The notes: generated by a model from the sequence alone, not told the origin. 64,000 bases of DNA from Octopus vulgaris (GCA_951406725.2 OX597818.1:58466001-58530000), one strand, 5' to 3'; shown: positions 27,528-41,210, counted from the stretch's first letter. A program made the numbers and translations.

Positions 27528-28344
27528 ATATATATGCATATATATGTGTGTATGTTTGTATCATGCAGAAGTTTTCCTGATTTTCCCTTTTCTCATTAAG
27601 TTTTGTAATATTTGAAATATTATTTCAGGAAAACGATTTTAGAACTTCGATACTCCTCATCACATGCTATCTTCCATGTGCGTATCTTGGGAACGGAAAA
27701 TGGTTTTCCTCACATTTTTTTATTTTAAAATTGCATGGAATGAAATATATGAAACTTCAATGCAACGATAGTTGTTTCATTCTCCGTAAGGCGAATATGT
27801 GTGCAACTCAAGCATTTTGTAATTTATTTAGATACATCATTTCCATAGAATCTCTAAGGTCTCCTAAGGGCATAATTTGTCTTCAAGAAAATTTTCTATC
27901 GATATTTACACAACTTACTCAGTCGGTAATTACCTTATTTATGTATATGTATTTATGTATATAAACATACATGTACATGTACGCGGGTGTGTGTGTGTGT
28001 GATTGTGTGTGCGTCTGCACCTTGTTTAATGGCTTGGTCGTTTCTATCCCTATCACGAGATTGTGGTTGCGATTCAGAATCAAAGCCTCAGGCTCGAGTT
28101 TATATCACTTTTCTGTGACTGGACATTGATAAACTTGCCTAAAATCCGAATGGTCCCATTTACCGACACAGTTGAACCATGCAACTCTTACATCCTTGGC
28201 GCTGGTTTTCTGTCTTCCTTTAACTCAGTCGTTTCCAAACTGAGCTGCTTTGACCCCTTTGGGTGGGGGTGGAAATGTCCAAGAAAGTTGGGGGCAATAT
28301 TGAGGTTGAAATTCATGTAAAATCAATAAAATAATGGATTCATT

Positions 28345-28720
28345 ATTCTTTTACTCTTTTACTTGTTTCAGTCATTTGAATGACACCATGCTGGAGCACC
28401 GCCTTTTAGTCGAACAAATCGACCTCGGGGATTTATTCTTTGGAAGCCTAGTACTTATTCTATCGGTCTCTTTTGAGGAACTGCTAAGTTACGGGGACGT
28501 AAATACATCAGCATCGGTCGTCAAGCGATGTTTTTTCTTGGGGGGGGGGGGCAAACACAGACACACAAACATACACACACACACAGATATATATAGATAT
28601 ACGTATATACGGCAGGCTCCTTTCAGTTTCCACTCACAAGGTTTTGGTCGGCCCCAGGCTATAGTAGAAGACACCTGCCAAGGTGCCACGCAGTGGAACT
28701 GAACCCAGAACCATGTGATT
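28345..28720 (-). mobile_element. SINE family B (CORE-like)
   Basis: Matches 30207-30625 in reverse. Confidence 0.8.
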
Positions 28721-29043
28721 GAAACCACTGACTTAGATGATTCATGACTCTACCTTTTACACAGCTTCCTTTTTTGGACTCTGACAGAGTTTTATCGATG
28801 TTTGCATTTACTATATTCGTTTTATGTTTTGTCTCTGACAGACAATTCAGGCAAAGAACGTCAGCAAAAAGAGGCGAAATACCCAGCGGATTTCATTGGT
28901 CTTTATGTTCGCAGTTCAAACTCCACCGACGTCGATGTTGTCTCTCATCCTTTCGTACTCCATAAAATAAATACCAGTTCAGCACTACCTCCCTCTTCAC
29001 AAATTGTAAGCCGTGTGCCAAAATTTGCAACCGTTATGAATGC

Positions 29044-29606
29044 AGTTCTATATCTAAGAGATATTCTTTACTCTTTTACTCTTTTACTTGTTTCAGTCAT
29101 TTGAGTGTGGCCATGCTGAAGCACCGCCTAAAGTCGAGCAAATCTATCGCAGGACTTATTCTTTGGAAGCCTAGTACTTATTCTGTCGGTCTCGTTTGCC
29201 GAACAGCTAAGTTATGGGGACGTAAACACACCAGCATCGATTCTCAAGAGATGTTAGGGGATAAATACAGACACACAAACATATATACACGCTCACACAC
29301 ACACACACACACATATACGATGGGCTTCTTTCCGTTTCCGTATACCAAATCCATTCACAAGGCTTTGGTCGGCCCGAGGCTATAACAGAGGACACTTGCC
29401 CAAGGTCCCACGCAGTGGGACTGAACCCGGAACCATATGGCTGGTAAGCAAGCTACTTACCACACAGCAACTCCTGAGGAATTATGTACATTATTTACAT
29501 TATTTACATTTGACGGATATTTGTCCTGATCTTGTGTGTTCTTAGCACAACGTTTCGGCAGATATATCCTTCAGCCTTCATCAGGTGTCTTTGGAAAATT
29601 TCCATG
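29044..29606 (-). mobile_element. 5'-truncated family D copy with near-intact HHR, interrupted by SINE B (29066-29478)
   Basis: Minus gacac-CTGATGA-a-ggctg...ctgcc-GAAACGTT-gtgc at 29545-29589; TSD atgaatgc 29036-29043 / 29607-29614. Confidence 0.8.
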
Positions 29607-29655
29607 ATGAATGCTTCTTCAATATACAAATACTCCGGGAAACAGATATACAGAA

Positions 29656-29686
<31 letters not shown>

Positions 29687-30206
29687 TTATATTAATATAA
29701 GTGTGTGCGCATGCGTATGTGTATATGTGCGTGCGTGCTTGTGTGCTAGTGTATGTATGAGTGCGCGTTTATATGTTATTGTATGCATTTATATATGCAT
29801 CGGACGAGGGCATATCTTTTACAAAAACTTTGGAAATGAAGATGCCCTCACTTAATTTTCTTCATTACATTCTGATGTTTTCATATTGTGCTATACTTCG
29901 CTATCCTCAACCTCAGGTGATTTATATAACAATTTGTAGCTGTTGATAACAACAACTCTGAAAAAAGCCCAATTGCTAGGCAATAGCTGAACTTATTTCA
30001 AACAACAAATATAGCTTAGAAATTAAGCGTAATCTGGAACATTTCATATTTCTAGAGCCGATGTTTTCCTTCGCGCTTGTCTGTACGACATTTACCCATC
30101 GTTTCTCTCCGTAGTCTAACAATAAGGGGCATTACGAAAAAGGTCCTTAACAAAATTAGAGAGAGAAACATAAGTTCACCAAAATATGATTTCTATACAC
30201 TATATA

Positions 30207-30625
30207 AAGGCGCAGGAGTGGCTTTGTGGTAAGTAGCTTGCTTACCAACCACATGGTTCCGGGTTCAGTCCCACTACGTGGAACCTTGGGCAAGTGTCTT
30301 CTACTATAGCCTCGGGCCGACCAAAGCCTTGTGAGTGGATTTGGTAGACGGAAACGGAAAGAAGCCTGTCGTATATATGTATATATATATATATATATAT
30401 ATGTGTGTTTGTGTGTCTCTGTTTGTTCCCCTAGCATTGCTTGACAACCGATGCTGGTGTGTTTACGTCCCCGTTACTTAGCGGTTCGGCAAAAGAACCG
30501 ATAGAATAAGTACTGGGCTTACAAAAGAATAAGTCCCGGGGTCGAGTTGCTCGATTAAAGGCGGTGCTGCAGCATGGCCGCAGTCAAATGACTGAAATAA
30601 GTAAAAGACTAAAATACTAAAAGAC
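30207..30625 (+). mobile_element. Full-length SINE family B
   Basis: tRNA-like head (TGGCTTTGTGG; GGTTCAGTCCC), CORE-like ccttgggcaagtgtc, internal (TA)n(TG)n, tail cagcatggccgcagtcaaatgactgaaa + short tandem repeats. Confidence 0.85.
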
Positions 30626-30639
30626 TATTCTAGAATTTC

Positions 30640-31370
30640 ACTACAAGTTTAGCTCTGCGTATATAGACGACAAATAATAACTACTGACTTACACAAAGAA
30701 AGTGCTGGTGAAATGGAATACACCATGGAATAAATAAGAATGAATCGTTAACCAATATAATATTCAGTGGTGAAGTCACATCAATTATTCTACTAATGTT
30801 TTGTTCTTATTACAAAATGTGACATCAAAACAGCTTCTGCATCGCCACAGTTTAAATAGTTTATATTCCATATTTTTCTCGACAAATGCTCACAAATTTT
30901 ATCTGAAAACACAACATCACCAAATTTGCTTTTGCAATAAAGCATCATTACATTTTTCAGATATTAAATTGCACGCAAAAATTAAGTTTAACCTTCACGA
31001 TGTGAATACTGCTTACATTGGACACACTGGCAAACATCTTTGGGCTGTTTGCATACATGAAACTACGATGCCATGAGAGAAGTGTATGTAGCACAAACAA
31101 GGCTTCACATCTGCATGTTGTACCATTACAAAACTCTAGGTAACTTTTACCAGGTATTGCACAGAATTCCACAAAAATACCTATCTATTACGATAGTTTT
31201 TTTTCAGCTTCCTAGAAATCTGCTAGAGAACTACACTTGTGCTCACTCATTTGCGAGTATTTCGACAGCTAATTCACACAGACTATTGCAGCTATGAACA
31301 TGAACCGAGGGAATACGACTTACACACAAGTACTCCAACTAGGAACACACTGCGACGATAGATTGGAAGT
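30640..31370 (+). pseudogene. Highly decayed Penelope-like GIY-YIG fragment
   Basis: AYIGHTGKHLWAVCIHE in ORF 30801-31076 resembles YIGxTxRxLxxRxxEH; boundaries uncertain. Confidence 0.45.
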
Positions 31371-31458
31371 TCTGTTTTTGTTGGCGGGAAAGTGTTTCTC
31401 ATTTATGGGGTTCTTTTGCCGAATATAATCTTCTATGAAAATTAAAATGGTATGGTCA

Positions 31459-31855
31459 TCTTTATATATAAAAGTGAGGTTGTGTGCTGTCTATGTCCTA
31501 CGATTTAGATTCTTAACTACTCCCACATTTTGCGGTGCAATTTAACCAAAACCGGGTATCTTATAGTCATGATTCATATCGAGCCCTTCTGGGTATTAGC
31601 GCGCGTCTACGATGAGTCTACGATTGAAAAAAAAAATTACCATAATTTTTTCCATTCTAATGCATTTTTTCGGTACTATATAAGGGAAGTAACTCTCTAA
31701 AATGTCTACGATGAGTCAACGATTAAAAAAAAATTACCATAATTTTTTTCCATTTTTAATATTATTTTTTTGCTATTTTTTAGCTATAACTCTCTAAAAA
31801 TGCTTATATAGTTATTTCCCTTACAAACCCGAGCAACGCCGGGCGATACTGCTAG
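31459..31855 (+). mobile_element. Non-autonomous Helitron
   Basis: A|TC start; hairpin cccgagcaacgccggg; CTAG|T end; 3' end shared with the 22649 element; internal ~50-bp direct repeat. Confidence 0.8.
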
Positions 31856-32439
31856 TGCAATATAAAATTTGCTGTTTTGTATGCATACGGAATGCTTATC
31901 TTCACGCAATTGCGAACATTCTATGAAATGCTTTAAGCTACATGTATCTATTTTACAGAAGATATTTCATCCTTACAAATTACAATATATTGCGATATAT
32001 TAGAACAAGAAACAAGTATGATATATTCTATGCATCCAGAGAAGAAGTGCATTGAGGTTAAAAGGCAAATGAGTGCTGTTTCTATGTAGTCTCAATTCTC
32101 TGTTCCTAGGCGGAAGAATTCAATAAGATATCCACAAGTATCGTAATCTAGCGTTATTCAAACGACGAAAATACACCCAGTAAACCCTATGTTATCTACG
32201 CATCATTTGTGTGAAAACTCACATACACATACACACACACGCACACACACAGAGGAACACACATACACACACGCACACGCACACGCACACGTACAAACAC
32301 ATACAAAGACACACACATACACATAGTGTTTTCAAAATATATTGAAATTCCCAAATTCATATTGTATGCATCATAGTCTCTTCCCTCACTCTGATCTCCG
32401 TCGCTGTTATTCCGTTTGCGTGTGTGTGGGTATGAATGC

Positions 32440-32495
<56 letters not shown>

Positions 32496-32499
<4 letters not shown>

Positions 32500-34304
32500 T
32501 TGAAGACCAACTGAAGGATACAACCTTCTATTGTGAAATACCCGCAAATATAGACCACCACATCATGAAAAAGATCAACAACCTGATTTCAACACACCAC
32601 AACTCACTTACGGATAATGAAAAAGACTACATCACCAATTTTGAACCAAAACCCAGCAACTTCTACGGCTTACCAAAAATACACAAATCAAAAAACATTC
32701 AACAGGCAGTAAAAGAACAAGAAAGTGAGTACATAAAATTATTACATCCAAAAGACCTAAAACTTAGACCTATTATAGCTGGTCCAGCATGCCCTACACA
32801 CCGTCTAAGCAATTTTATTGACATTGTTTTGAAACCACTATGTACTTACATACCAAGTTTCATCAGGGATGACATCGACTTCCTGTCCCATCTTCCCAAA
32901 ACAACAGAAACAAATTCAGTTTTGCTAAGTTTTGATGTGGTAAGCCTCTACACCAATATTCCACACGATTTAGGAATAAAGGCGATTAAATACTGGTTAG
33001 AAAAACATAGAGAAGTGATTCCCAGCAGATTCACAGTGCCATTTATATTAGACACAGTCAAACTTATTCTAGAAAATAACACATTCTTCTTCAATGGAAA
33101 GAATTACATCCAAATTAGAGGCACGGCGATGGGAACGAGGTTTGCTCCCGTTTACGCCAACTCTGTAATGGGATACTTAGAAGAACAACTCTACCAAGAG
33201 GTGGAGGTAAACTATGGCACTGGATTTAGAAAGTATATTGAAAAGGCATGGAAGAGATACCTAGACGACTGTTTCATAATCTGGACAGAATCTCTAAATA
33301 CTCTGGAAGAGTTCAATATCCTCCTGAACAACCTACACCCATCTCTCAAATTTACAAAGGAGATGAGTAGTACCAAATTACCATTCCTGGATATAATGGT
33401 AATTAAAAAAGACACCACCATCACCACAGATATATACTATAAACACACAGACACACATCAATACCTAAATTTTAAGTCGTGCCATCCACCACATACAAAA
33501 CGTAACATCCCATACTGCCTAGCCAGAAGAATTTGTACTATTGTAGAAGATGCAAATATCAGGAACAAACGCCTAATAGAACTAAGAGAATTTTTGCTCA
33601 AACAAAAATACCCATCTCTACTTATAGAAAATGGCATACAGCGGGCTATAAAAATACCTATACAACAACTTAGGACAACCCAAGGAAGAGGAAAACAAGA
33701 ACAAGTCATACCATTCATAGTGACACACAACCCATGTCACCAGAATATCTTCAACATTGCCAAAGCAAACCTACCAATCATTGCCCAAAGTAATGAATTA
33801 AAAGACATAATCAAGGATCGAGCTATGGTGCTTAGTAAAAGACAGCCTAAAAACTTGAAAACATTACTAACAAAGGCAAAATTTGACCTCAGCAACAAAG
33901 ACCAAACATTCACGGTATCTAAATGCAATGATAGCCGATGTGGCACATGCCAATTCATACATACCGGTCAATATATAAACACAAAAACCGGGAAAATATT
34001 CACAAACGCGAATATGAACTGCAAAAGCAGAAATTTAATTTACTGCATCAAATGCCCAAATTGTGAAGAAATATATGTAGGTCAGACGGGAAACGCACTA
34101 TTAGAACGCTCACGTGTACACCGGCAACAGATTAGAGACCCAGAGGTCCGTCAGATACCTTTGAGTAACCACCTAGCAACATGTGGTCGGAAAATATATA
34201 TAATATTTCCATTCTACAAATTACACAGCCCAAGTGAAATCGAGAGGAAAATCAGAGAAAAGAATTTTATTGATAAATTCGAACCCAAGCTAAATAAGCA
34301 ATAA
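32496..34304 (+). CDS. Penelope-like element polyprotein (reverse transcriptase + GIY-YIG endonuclease), 5'-truncated
   Basis: About 600 uninterrupted codons: FYGLPKIHK, LRPIIA, FDVVSLYTNIP, GTAMG, RYLDDCF, Cys linker CNDSRCGTC, NLIYCIKCPNCEEIYVGQT, RSRVH. The track's ATG at 32436 lies upstream of the (TA)n and is not a credible start. Confidence 0.95.
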
Positions 34305-34963
34305 TAATAATACTTAGAGGTATTACTTCCACTGCTACGACCATGACCACTAACAACAACAACAATACTAAAGGTGATCAAGACGAAGATAGCAGGAAAA
34401 TTATCTTATTTAGGGTTAAAAGTTCTATTGCCACCACCATCACCACTAGCAACAATAATTAAGGTGCTGACAATGATGATGATGACAATTGAAATATAAA
34501 AATATAAAAATCTCTGACAAAGGATATTTACAACATTTCTAAAAATAACCCAACAATTGCTGCTTGGGCCAGGGTCAAGATACAGGACTCTTGACCTGTC
34601 CAACAAAGCGTGATGCCTAAACCAATCAGCTCAACCAACCAATCAGCTTAAGTAATTGAGTGATACTACACACTGATTGGTCAGAATACAGTTTGCAAAA
34701 CCTAGCACTCTGGAGCCTACCCAGCTGTATTTATAGCACAGAATCACTCATCTTGCTACAGTCAAAAATTGTGAAGCATGACTGTCAACACTACTACATG
34801 AACCCGAAGATTGCAGAATTCAATGCATGAAAGTACTAGTTCAATCAGAATGAATATTTAACATTCTACTATTTCATTTTATTTTACTCAATTATAATAT
34901 ATTATCATTATAAGATTGTAAATAAAACGTGAAAATCAGACAAGGTTGGAATTCTTTTTATTA
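32497..34963 (+). mobile_element. Penelope-like retroelement (Neptune-like by Cys linker) inserted in (TA)n
   Basis: ORF starts right after (TA)n; ~660-bp 3' region with HHR ends at the next (TA)n. Confidence 0.9.
34799..34843 (+). ncRNA. PLE pseudo-LTR hammerhead motif (U4C in this copy)
   Basis: Stem I tgaac/gttca; CCGAAGA 34804-34810; T.T then stem II TGCA/TGCA; GAAA 34829-34832; palindrome GTAC; TA cleavage site. Confidence 0.8.
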
Positions 34964-35029
34964 ATATATATATATATATATATATGTGTGTATATATATA
35001 TGTATGTATATATATATACACACATACAC

Positions 35030-35121
<92 letters not shown>

Positions 35122-35604
35122 GGATACATAGATAGATATATTGATATTTAGATGTATAGACGAGCAGATTGACAGATAGATAAATATGTAGATAGAGAGA
35201 TAGAGAGATAGATACATGCATACATACATACATACATACATACATACATACATACATACATACATACATACATACATACATACAGACATGCATACATACA
35301 TACGAGATATGCAAAGCGAGATACAGGCATACAGACTTTACCAGATAGCATTAATTATAAATTCCTGATTTGTCAATATGTAAAATTGTTTCCGCCTCAA
35401 AAGGTTGGTCTACATTCACAAAATAAACATGACCAGAACTCGGTATGAGTGTTGGAAATACACTCAAACCTCAACAATTCTATAGATGTGAATGGCTTAA
35501 TTGAGGAGAGAGGACATATGGGTAACTGTATCAACAGTCGCCGTCCGCAATATATAAACACACTCATCTGTGTGCGTATATATATATATATATATATATA
35601 TAAT

Positions 35605-35795
35605 AATAATAAATATTAGGGAATGAATCCAAATTTACAGGGAAAAATCAGATTTAGGATTGAATCCAATTTTTTGGTAAAATATAATCTAATATTAATT
35701 AGAGACAAAACCACTATTATGCAAATCAAACAAAGAAAGACTTAATCCAATACATAAAATGCTTTGTTTGATTTGCATAATAGTTTTGTCTCTAA

Positions 35796-35804
<9 letters not shown>
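35605..35804. repeat. (TA)n-flanked insert with ~45-bp inverted repeat
   Basis: 35690-35735 versus 35762-35804 reverse complement (3-nt indel). Confidence 0.8.
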
Positions 35805-35852
<48 letters not shown>

Positions 35853-35903
35853 CACAAATAAATATGTATGCATACCTATGGATATATATGCATATATGCA
35901 TAT

Positions 35904-36800
35904 ACTAGCTGACGTACCCGGTTCTGTTCTCATAATTGTTTCGCTAATCCAGAAACAACAATACAACCCGTGTAGCCCTTGAAACGGTTTTTGTGCATTT
36001 ATTTTGAATATCGAAGTGTCTTACACAGGATCTTGTTTTTAGGAATTCCTAATAAGTTATCAATATGCAAATTATGAAGTCAGTTATGTAATAACATGAA
36101 TTAATTATCTAATAGAAAGAATTAAATTAAAGTAACCCCGAAAAGGGCTTTAATACATTCCGAGAGAATATAGAACTTAGGAGGAAACACCAATAAGGCA
36201 TGTATGCTAAAACCGTGAAGCATGTTACGTAATAGCAGGCTAATTAGATATGAGATAATAACAATTCAAAGTATATAACTCTGAAAAGGGCTTTTGTGTG
36301 TTCTCAGAGATTATTACCCTTAGCGGCGTTAGTGTTGGTAAATTCATGCATAAGTCACTAAGCGAAATAAGTGGAGCTATTGTTTAGGAAAATAATATTT
36401 ACTTGTTTATGCGTTGTAATTGATGAATTGCGATAATAACTGAAATAGTTCATATACTAAGGATGGAGCATACTCGATTTGATTTAAACGAAATAAATTT
36501 CAAACATGAATGAGTTATTTCCCTTGGCTATATATAAGGAACAGTTTCAGGAGCGAATGGGCTATTTCCCTTGGATGTTTAAAAACAATATATTACTTAA
36601 TATGTAGTAGATAAAGAGTCCATTCTAGGGATCCTATTATCGAATTTTTCAAGAATCACAGTATGTCATCAATTTTCCAGATATAAATTCTTCTAACATG
36701 TCAAGTTTCATCAAAATCGATAAACCGATGTAAGAGGAGATAGATAACAACGCCACAAACAAGCAAACAAGCACATCCACATATTTCTACATATGCAGTG
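35904..36800 (-). mobile_element. Probable non-autonomous Helitron
   Basis: Minus 3' end accgggtacgtcagCTAG|T at ~35904; gttatttcccttg motifs shared with the 31459 element; 5' end uncertain. Confidence 0.5.
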
Positions 36801-36859
36801 GATATGTATGTGTGTAGGTATACTTGTATCTACTTCTCTCTGTCTCTCTCTCTCTCTCT

Positions 36860-36967
<108 letters not shown>

Positions 36968-36968
36968 C

Positions 36969-37024
<56 letters not shown>

Positions 37025-37940
37025 GTGCGTGTGTGTGCGTGTATAAGATAAATGAAAGGCGGAAGATGAAATATACGACAATTTGTATTATTAACACGGT
37101 AATGGTTTCGATGCATCAAACATCGGTCCCCCACCAGTGGAACTTTTAGCATCTTGCCCACGTGCATCCGGCGCTACATTTGCGTCTCATTCAAATATCT
37201 GTTCCACAAGGTATCTTCTCATTTCGTAGAGAGAAAAGCAGCAAATGGAAGAAACTATATTTACATAGAAGATCAAAAATAAAACCACAGATGCCAAAAA
37301 GAAAGGAACGCGCAACACAGCGAGAAAAAGTATTGAAAATAACCGTTAACAGATATGGATGCACAAACGCCCTGGTGCAAGTTGCATGGTTCATACAAGC
37401 ATACGCCAAAAAGTCAGCATAGGCATACATATGGGTTGGTGCACTCCCGATCACAAAGCGATTTTAATAGCTATAAGAATGGCGAAATTAAAATTAATTC
37501 ATCCATACCTTAATGTAAATTATCTTAACATCTACTCAAATTAATTCGCACTACATTGCGTGAAAGCGCATTTATATGTAAGTAAGTATTAGAAATTTTA
37601 TTAATAATCTCCTCATTTGGTCTACAGAATAAATAGGGATTCCTCCGAACAGAATCGGCATCTCCCGGAAATGATATTGTATGGCTTTGCGAGCCTTAAT
37701 ATGGACCAGGTTATGTTGTACTTATTTTTATCTTCCTTCTGTCGCCATACGAAATCGGTCGAAGATGTTGAATGTCTCTTATTGATTGTCTTAAAGCTGG
37801 CTACATGTTTACGATAACGACTCTAAAATGAATCAGCCGTTTGCCCAATGTAAAAATGCAGCCCTCCCCGTGTGTGCACAGTATATTTATATGCAACATC
37901 TGTACTCTTCCAGAGGTTCATTAATGGGCATTTTGATTTT
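37025..37940 (-). pseudogene. Decayed second Penelope-like element (GIY-YIG C-terminus + 3' region)
   Basis: Minus translation YIGQTADSF*SRYRKHVASFK...YNITWSILRLAKPYNIISGRCRFCSEESLFIL; 3' end abuts (TA)n. Confidence 0.7.
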
Positions 37941-38279
37941 TCTCTGCATCAACATTTATCATATTCATTTGTATATATGAGAGTTCGGACTTCATTTTCC
38001 GACATTGTTACATTGTTAGATATTTCATAAGCATTTCTACTATTACAATTTGTCCGTAATTGGTGCATTTCACTGCGTTTTACATCTCTTTTTTTTTGTA
38101 TTTAGATGCGTTTGTTCGCTAGATTCAATAGGTGAATTATTGAACTGTTGTTGCATTGTCAAAAACCGCCAAAATCTTTTTCAGCGATCTTGGTTGAAAC
38201 ATATATGTATGTATGTCTTTTCAATTTTTTTTATTATTATAAATCTTCCATTGACCATGGAGCCAGTTTCCAACAAATC

Positions 38280-38504
38280 TGCAAGGATGTAGTTGACGCA
38301 TACAAAATCTTGCATATTTTTACTGTTCCACTCACAGATTGCGCATGTAATGTTCTAATCAGCCGGTCGAATTCTCTTCCTGAATATCTTAGCTTATCCA
38401 GATTCTTTAAACATTTACTGACTAAAAATCTTATGCTCCAATTATTATTGATATGAATAGGAATTCATAACCTGGATATAGAAGCTGGAGGTTTCAAAAC
38501 AGAT
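38280..38504 (-). pseudogene. Decayed restriction-like endonuclease C-terminus of an R2/R4/NeSL-group retrotransposon
   Basis: Minus NLQLLYPGYEFLFISIIIGA* ... LIRTLHAQSVSGTVKICK. Confidence 0.6.
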
Positions 38505-38597
38505 ATGTATGTATGTATGTATGTATGTATGTTTGTGTGTATGTATGTTTGTGTGTATGTATGTAGGTATGTATTTATGTATGTATGCATGTATGTA

Positions 38598-38806
38598 TGT
38601 GACCGCGTGTGTATCGTTGGCGATTGTTTCATCCGTCTTCCCTTCCTTGGATCTTTCCTTTGTCTATGTTTCTGATGAAGAGCCCCATTCGAAACGTTAA
38701 ATCGTCCGTCTTTCTTTCCTTCCTGTGCGCCCAATAACACTATACTTGTTTCACGTCCTCGCGTTGTTGTGTTTTCTCTTTGAGTTTTCATGTTTCGATT
38801 AACTAA
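38598..38806 (+). mobile_element. Family F ~200-bp HHR element in (TATG)n
   Basis: gttt-CTGATGA(38672)-a-gagccccattc-GAAACGTT-aaat; copies at 39478 and 50920. Confidence 0.8.
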
Positions 38807-38835
38807 CTATGTATATATGTATGTATGTGTGTATG

Positions 38836-39404
38836 TCAGGTCACTTTTGAGGGCTACTGGTAACATGTAACTCAGTACAACCTGTTGCATGGTCGGGTCG
38901 TCAGTGACTAAACCGGCAACCCCACCAAGCTTGCTTGGTGATGAGGTTGTTTATTGGACACTCTGCGGGATGAAAAACAAAACCTGTCAAGGGGCGGAGG
39001 AACTCTTGAGAGTCAACGGCCATCCAATAAATGTGTAGTTTTTTTTCTTAAGGCTTAAGGCTGTATCATGCGCGGGGACATAGAAATAATCGGACTGAAT
39101 ACCCGATCACGCGGTTAAAACATTGGGAGTGAAGGACTCCTAGCCTTTGTTAGGGCATCCTTCTAGAAGGTATTTCAGGTAACTGGGATAACTCCGATAT
39201 AAAACCTGCGGTTCAATGGTTACCAATGATGTTGACTTGTTCTTCTTTTCGGATTATGGCTGATGTTGCTTAGTGAGTGGGATTGACTCAGTGCACAACC
39301 TTTCCTCACTTAAAAAAAAATCTTCTTGCACAGGCATTGCACGGTAACAACATTGATTAAGCTCCGTGCAATGGCCATACTCAATAACGAGGGGACAGCC
39401 ACCA
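38836..39404 (+). mobile_element. Unclassified ~570-bp insert in (TATG)n, possibly RTE-like non-autonomous
   Basis: Sharp GC rise, flanked by (TATG)n, 3' hairpin cattgcacgg...ccgtgcaatg; no ORF. Confidence 0.4.
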
Positions 39405-39477
39405 TGTATGTATGTATGTATGTATGTATGTATGTATGTATGTATGCATGTATGTATGTATGTATGTATGTATGTAT

Positions 39478-39690
39478 GTGACCGCTTGTGTATCGTTGGC
39501 AATTTTTTCTTCATCCGTCTTCCCTTCCTTGGATCTTTCCTTTGTCTATGTTTCTGACGAAGATCTCCGCTTGGAACGCTAAATCCTCCTTCTTTCTTTC
39601 CTTCCTGTGCGCCTAATAGCACTATACTTTTTCCACGTCCTCGCGTTGTTGTGCTTTCTCTTTGAGTTTTCATGTTTGAATTAACTAACT
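39478..39690 (+). mobile_element. Family F HHR element (decayed core)
   Basis: tttCTGACGAagatctccgcttGGAACGCTaaat. Confidence 0.8.
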
Positions 39691-40337
39691 ATGTATGTAT
39701 GTATGTATGTATGCATGTATGTATGTATGTATATATGTATGTATGTGTGTGTGTGTATGTATGTATGTATGTATGCATGTATGTATGTATGTATGTATGT
39801 ATATATGTATGTATTGTAGAATCTAACATAACCATTCTTGGTATTGGACTCACCTTATTCAATTTTACGTGGTGTGTCGGAAATATGAATTAGATATGAC
39901 ATAGCATTCAGTTCCATGAGTTGCGTAGGTATGTTTACAGACGAGGGAGTTTGCTAAAAAAAAAATCGAATGGTTATTATGGCGGACGTTCTTCTTCAAT
40001 TATTTTCCGTTGGGGTAAGCCATAGTTTCGATGAATTTCGGATTGAAACAGATAAAAAAATGAAATAAATACATGGATGTACTCTGAATAAGAGATACAT
40101 TTATCTATAGAAGATAATTAGCTACGAATATGGAATGTGTCTGTTGAGCTTCAGCAAAAAGCACGGTTTTATTTCAGTGCCGAGTGATGTAACGTGGTGA
40201 CGAATATTCGCATATATGCATATGGGCACTGTTAATATCTGCGTGTGTTTGTTTTTGTGTATTTGTGTGTGTGTGTGTGTGTGTGTACTACCGTCCCCAC
40301 ATACACATACACACATTTATACATACACATGTATATA

Positions 40338-40381
<44 letters not shown>

Positions 40382-40885
40382 TATATATATATACATATAT
40401 ATAAGTAAAAATATATATAATATATATATATATAAGTATGTATGTATATGTATATATGAATGTATGTATGTATGTATATATATATATATTCCGTGAGATA
40501 GAAGGTATTTGCGAGTATGGAAAAAGGAAAAAATTCGGAGAAGACAGAATCAGAGAGACGAGATCGAGTAGTATAAAAGATATAAAGAAAATGAATTTGT
40601 AAAAGATAAGAGAAGGCTGAGAATAAACTAAATAAAATATAAAACAAAACGCTACAACGAAATGGTGAAAAAGCTCCAAGGTTAGAATGAAGTAATGAGG
40701 TCGAAAAAGAACCTAGGATTTCATAAGTAAATACAAAAAAAAGTACAAAAAAAAGAAACAAACAGAGAATATTAGATAAGTATGTTTAAAAGAGAAGAGA
40801 ATAAAATATATTTTGTTTGGATATCCGAGAACAAAGAAAATAACATAACGAAGCATAAGTAAGTTAAACATTAGGATAAAACCAG

Positions 40886-41084
40886 TATATGTGTATATAT
40901 ATGTGTGTATACATATTTCTATGTATGTATGTATGTATGTATGTATGTATGTATGTATGTATGTATGTATGTATGTATGCATGCATGTACGTATGTACAT
41001 ACGCGTATATGTATGTTTGTATGTTTGCACGTATGCATGTGCTCATGCTTGCATTTATGCATGCGTATATCTATATCTACAGCT

Positions 41085-41128
<44 letters not shown>

Positions 41129-41171
41129 GTGTATATATATATGTATATATATATGTATATATATATATATG

Positions 41172-41210
<39 letters not shown>

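Noticed and set aside
32436-32495. ATG start of the 622-aa ORF
   Set aside because: Reads through a (TA)n tract outside the element; the element is 5'-truncated.
37093-37168. Decayed HHR downstream of the minus-strand PLE relic (gatgc...gcatcGAAA)
   Set aside because: Position fits, but the CUGANGA core and the palindrome are not recoverable.
38860-38920. HDV-like ribozyme at the 5' end of the 38836 insert
   Set aside because: A P3/L3-like segment is visible, but P1 and P2 could not be paired convincingly by eye.
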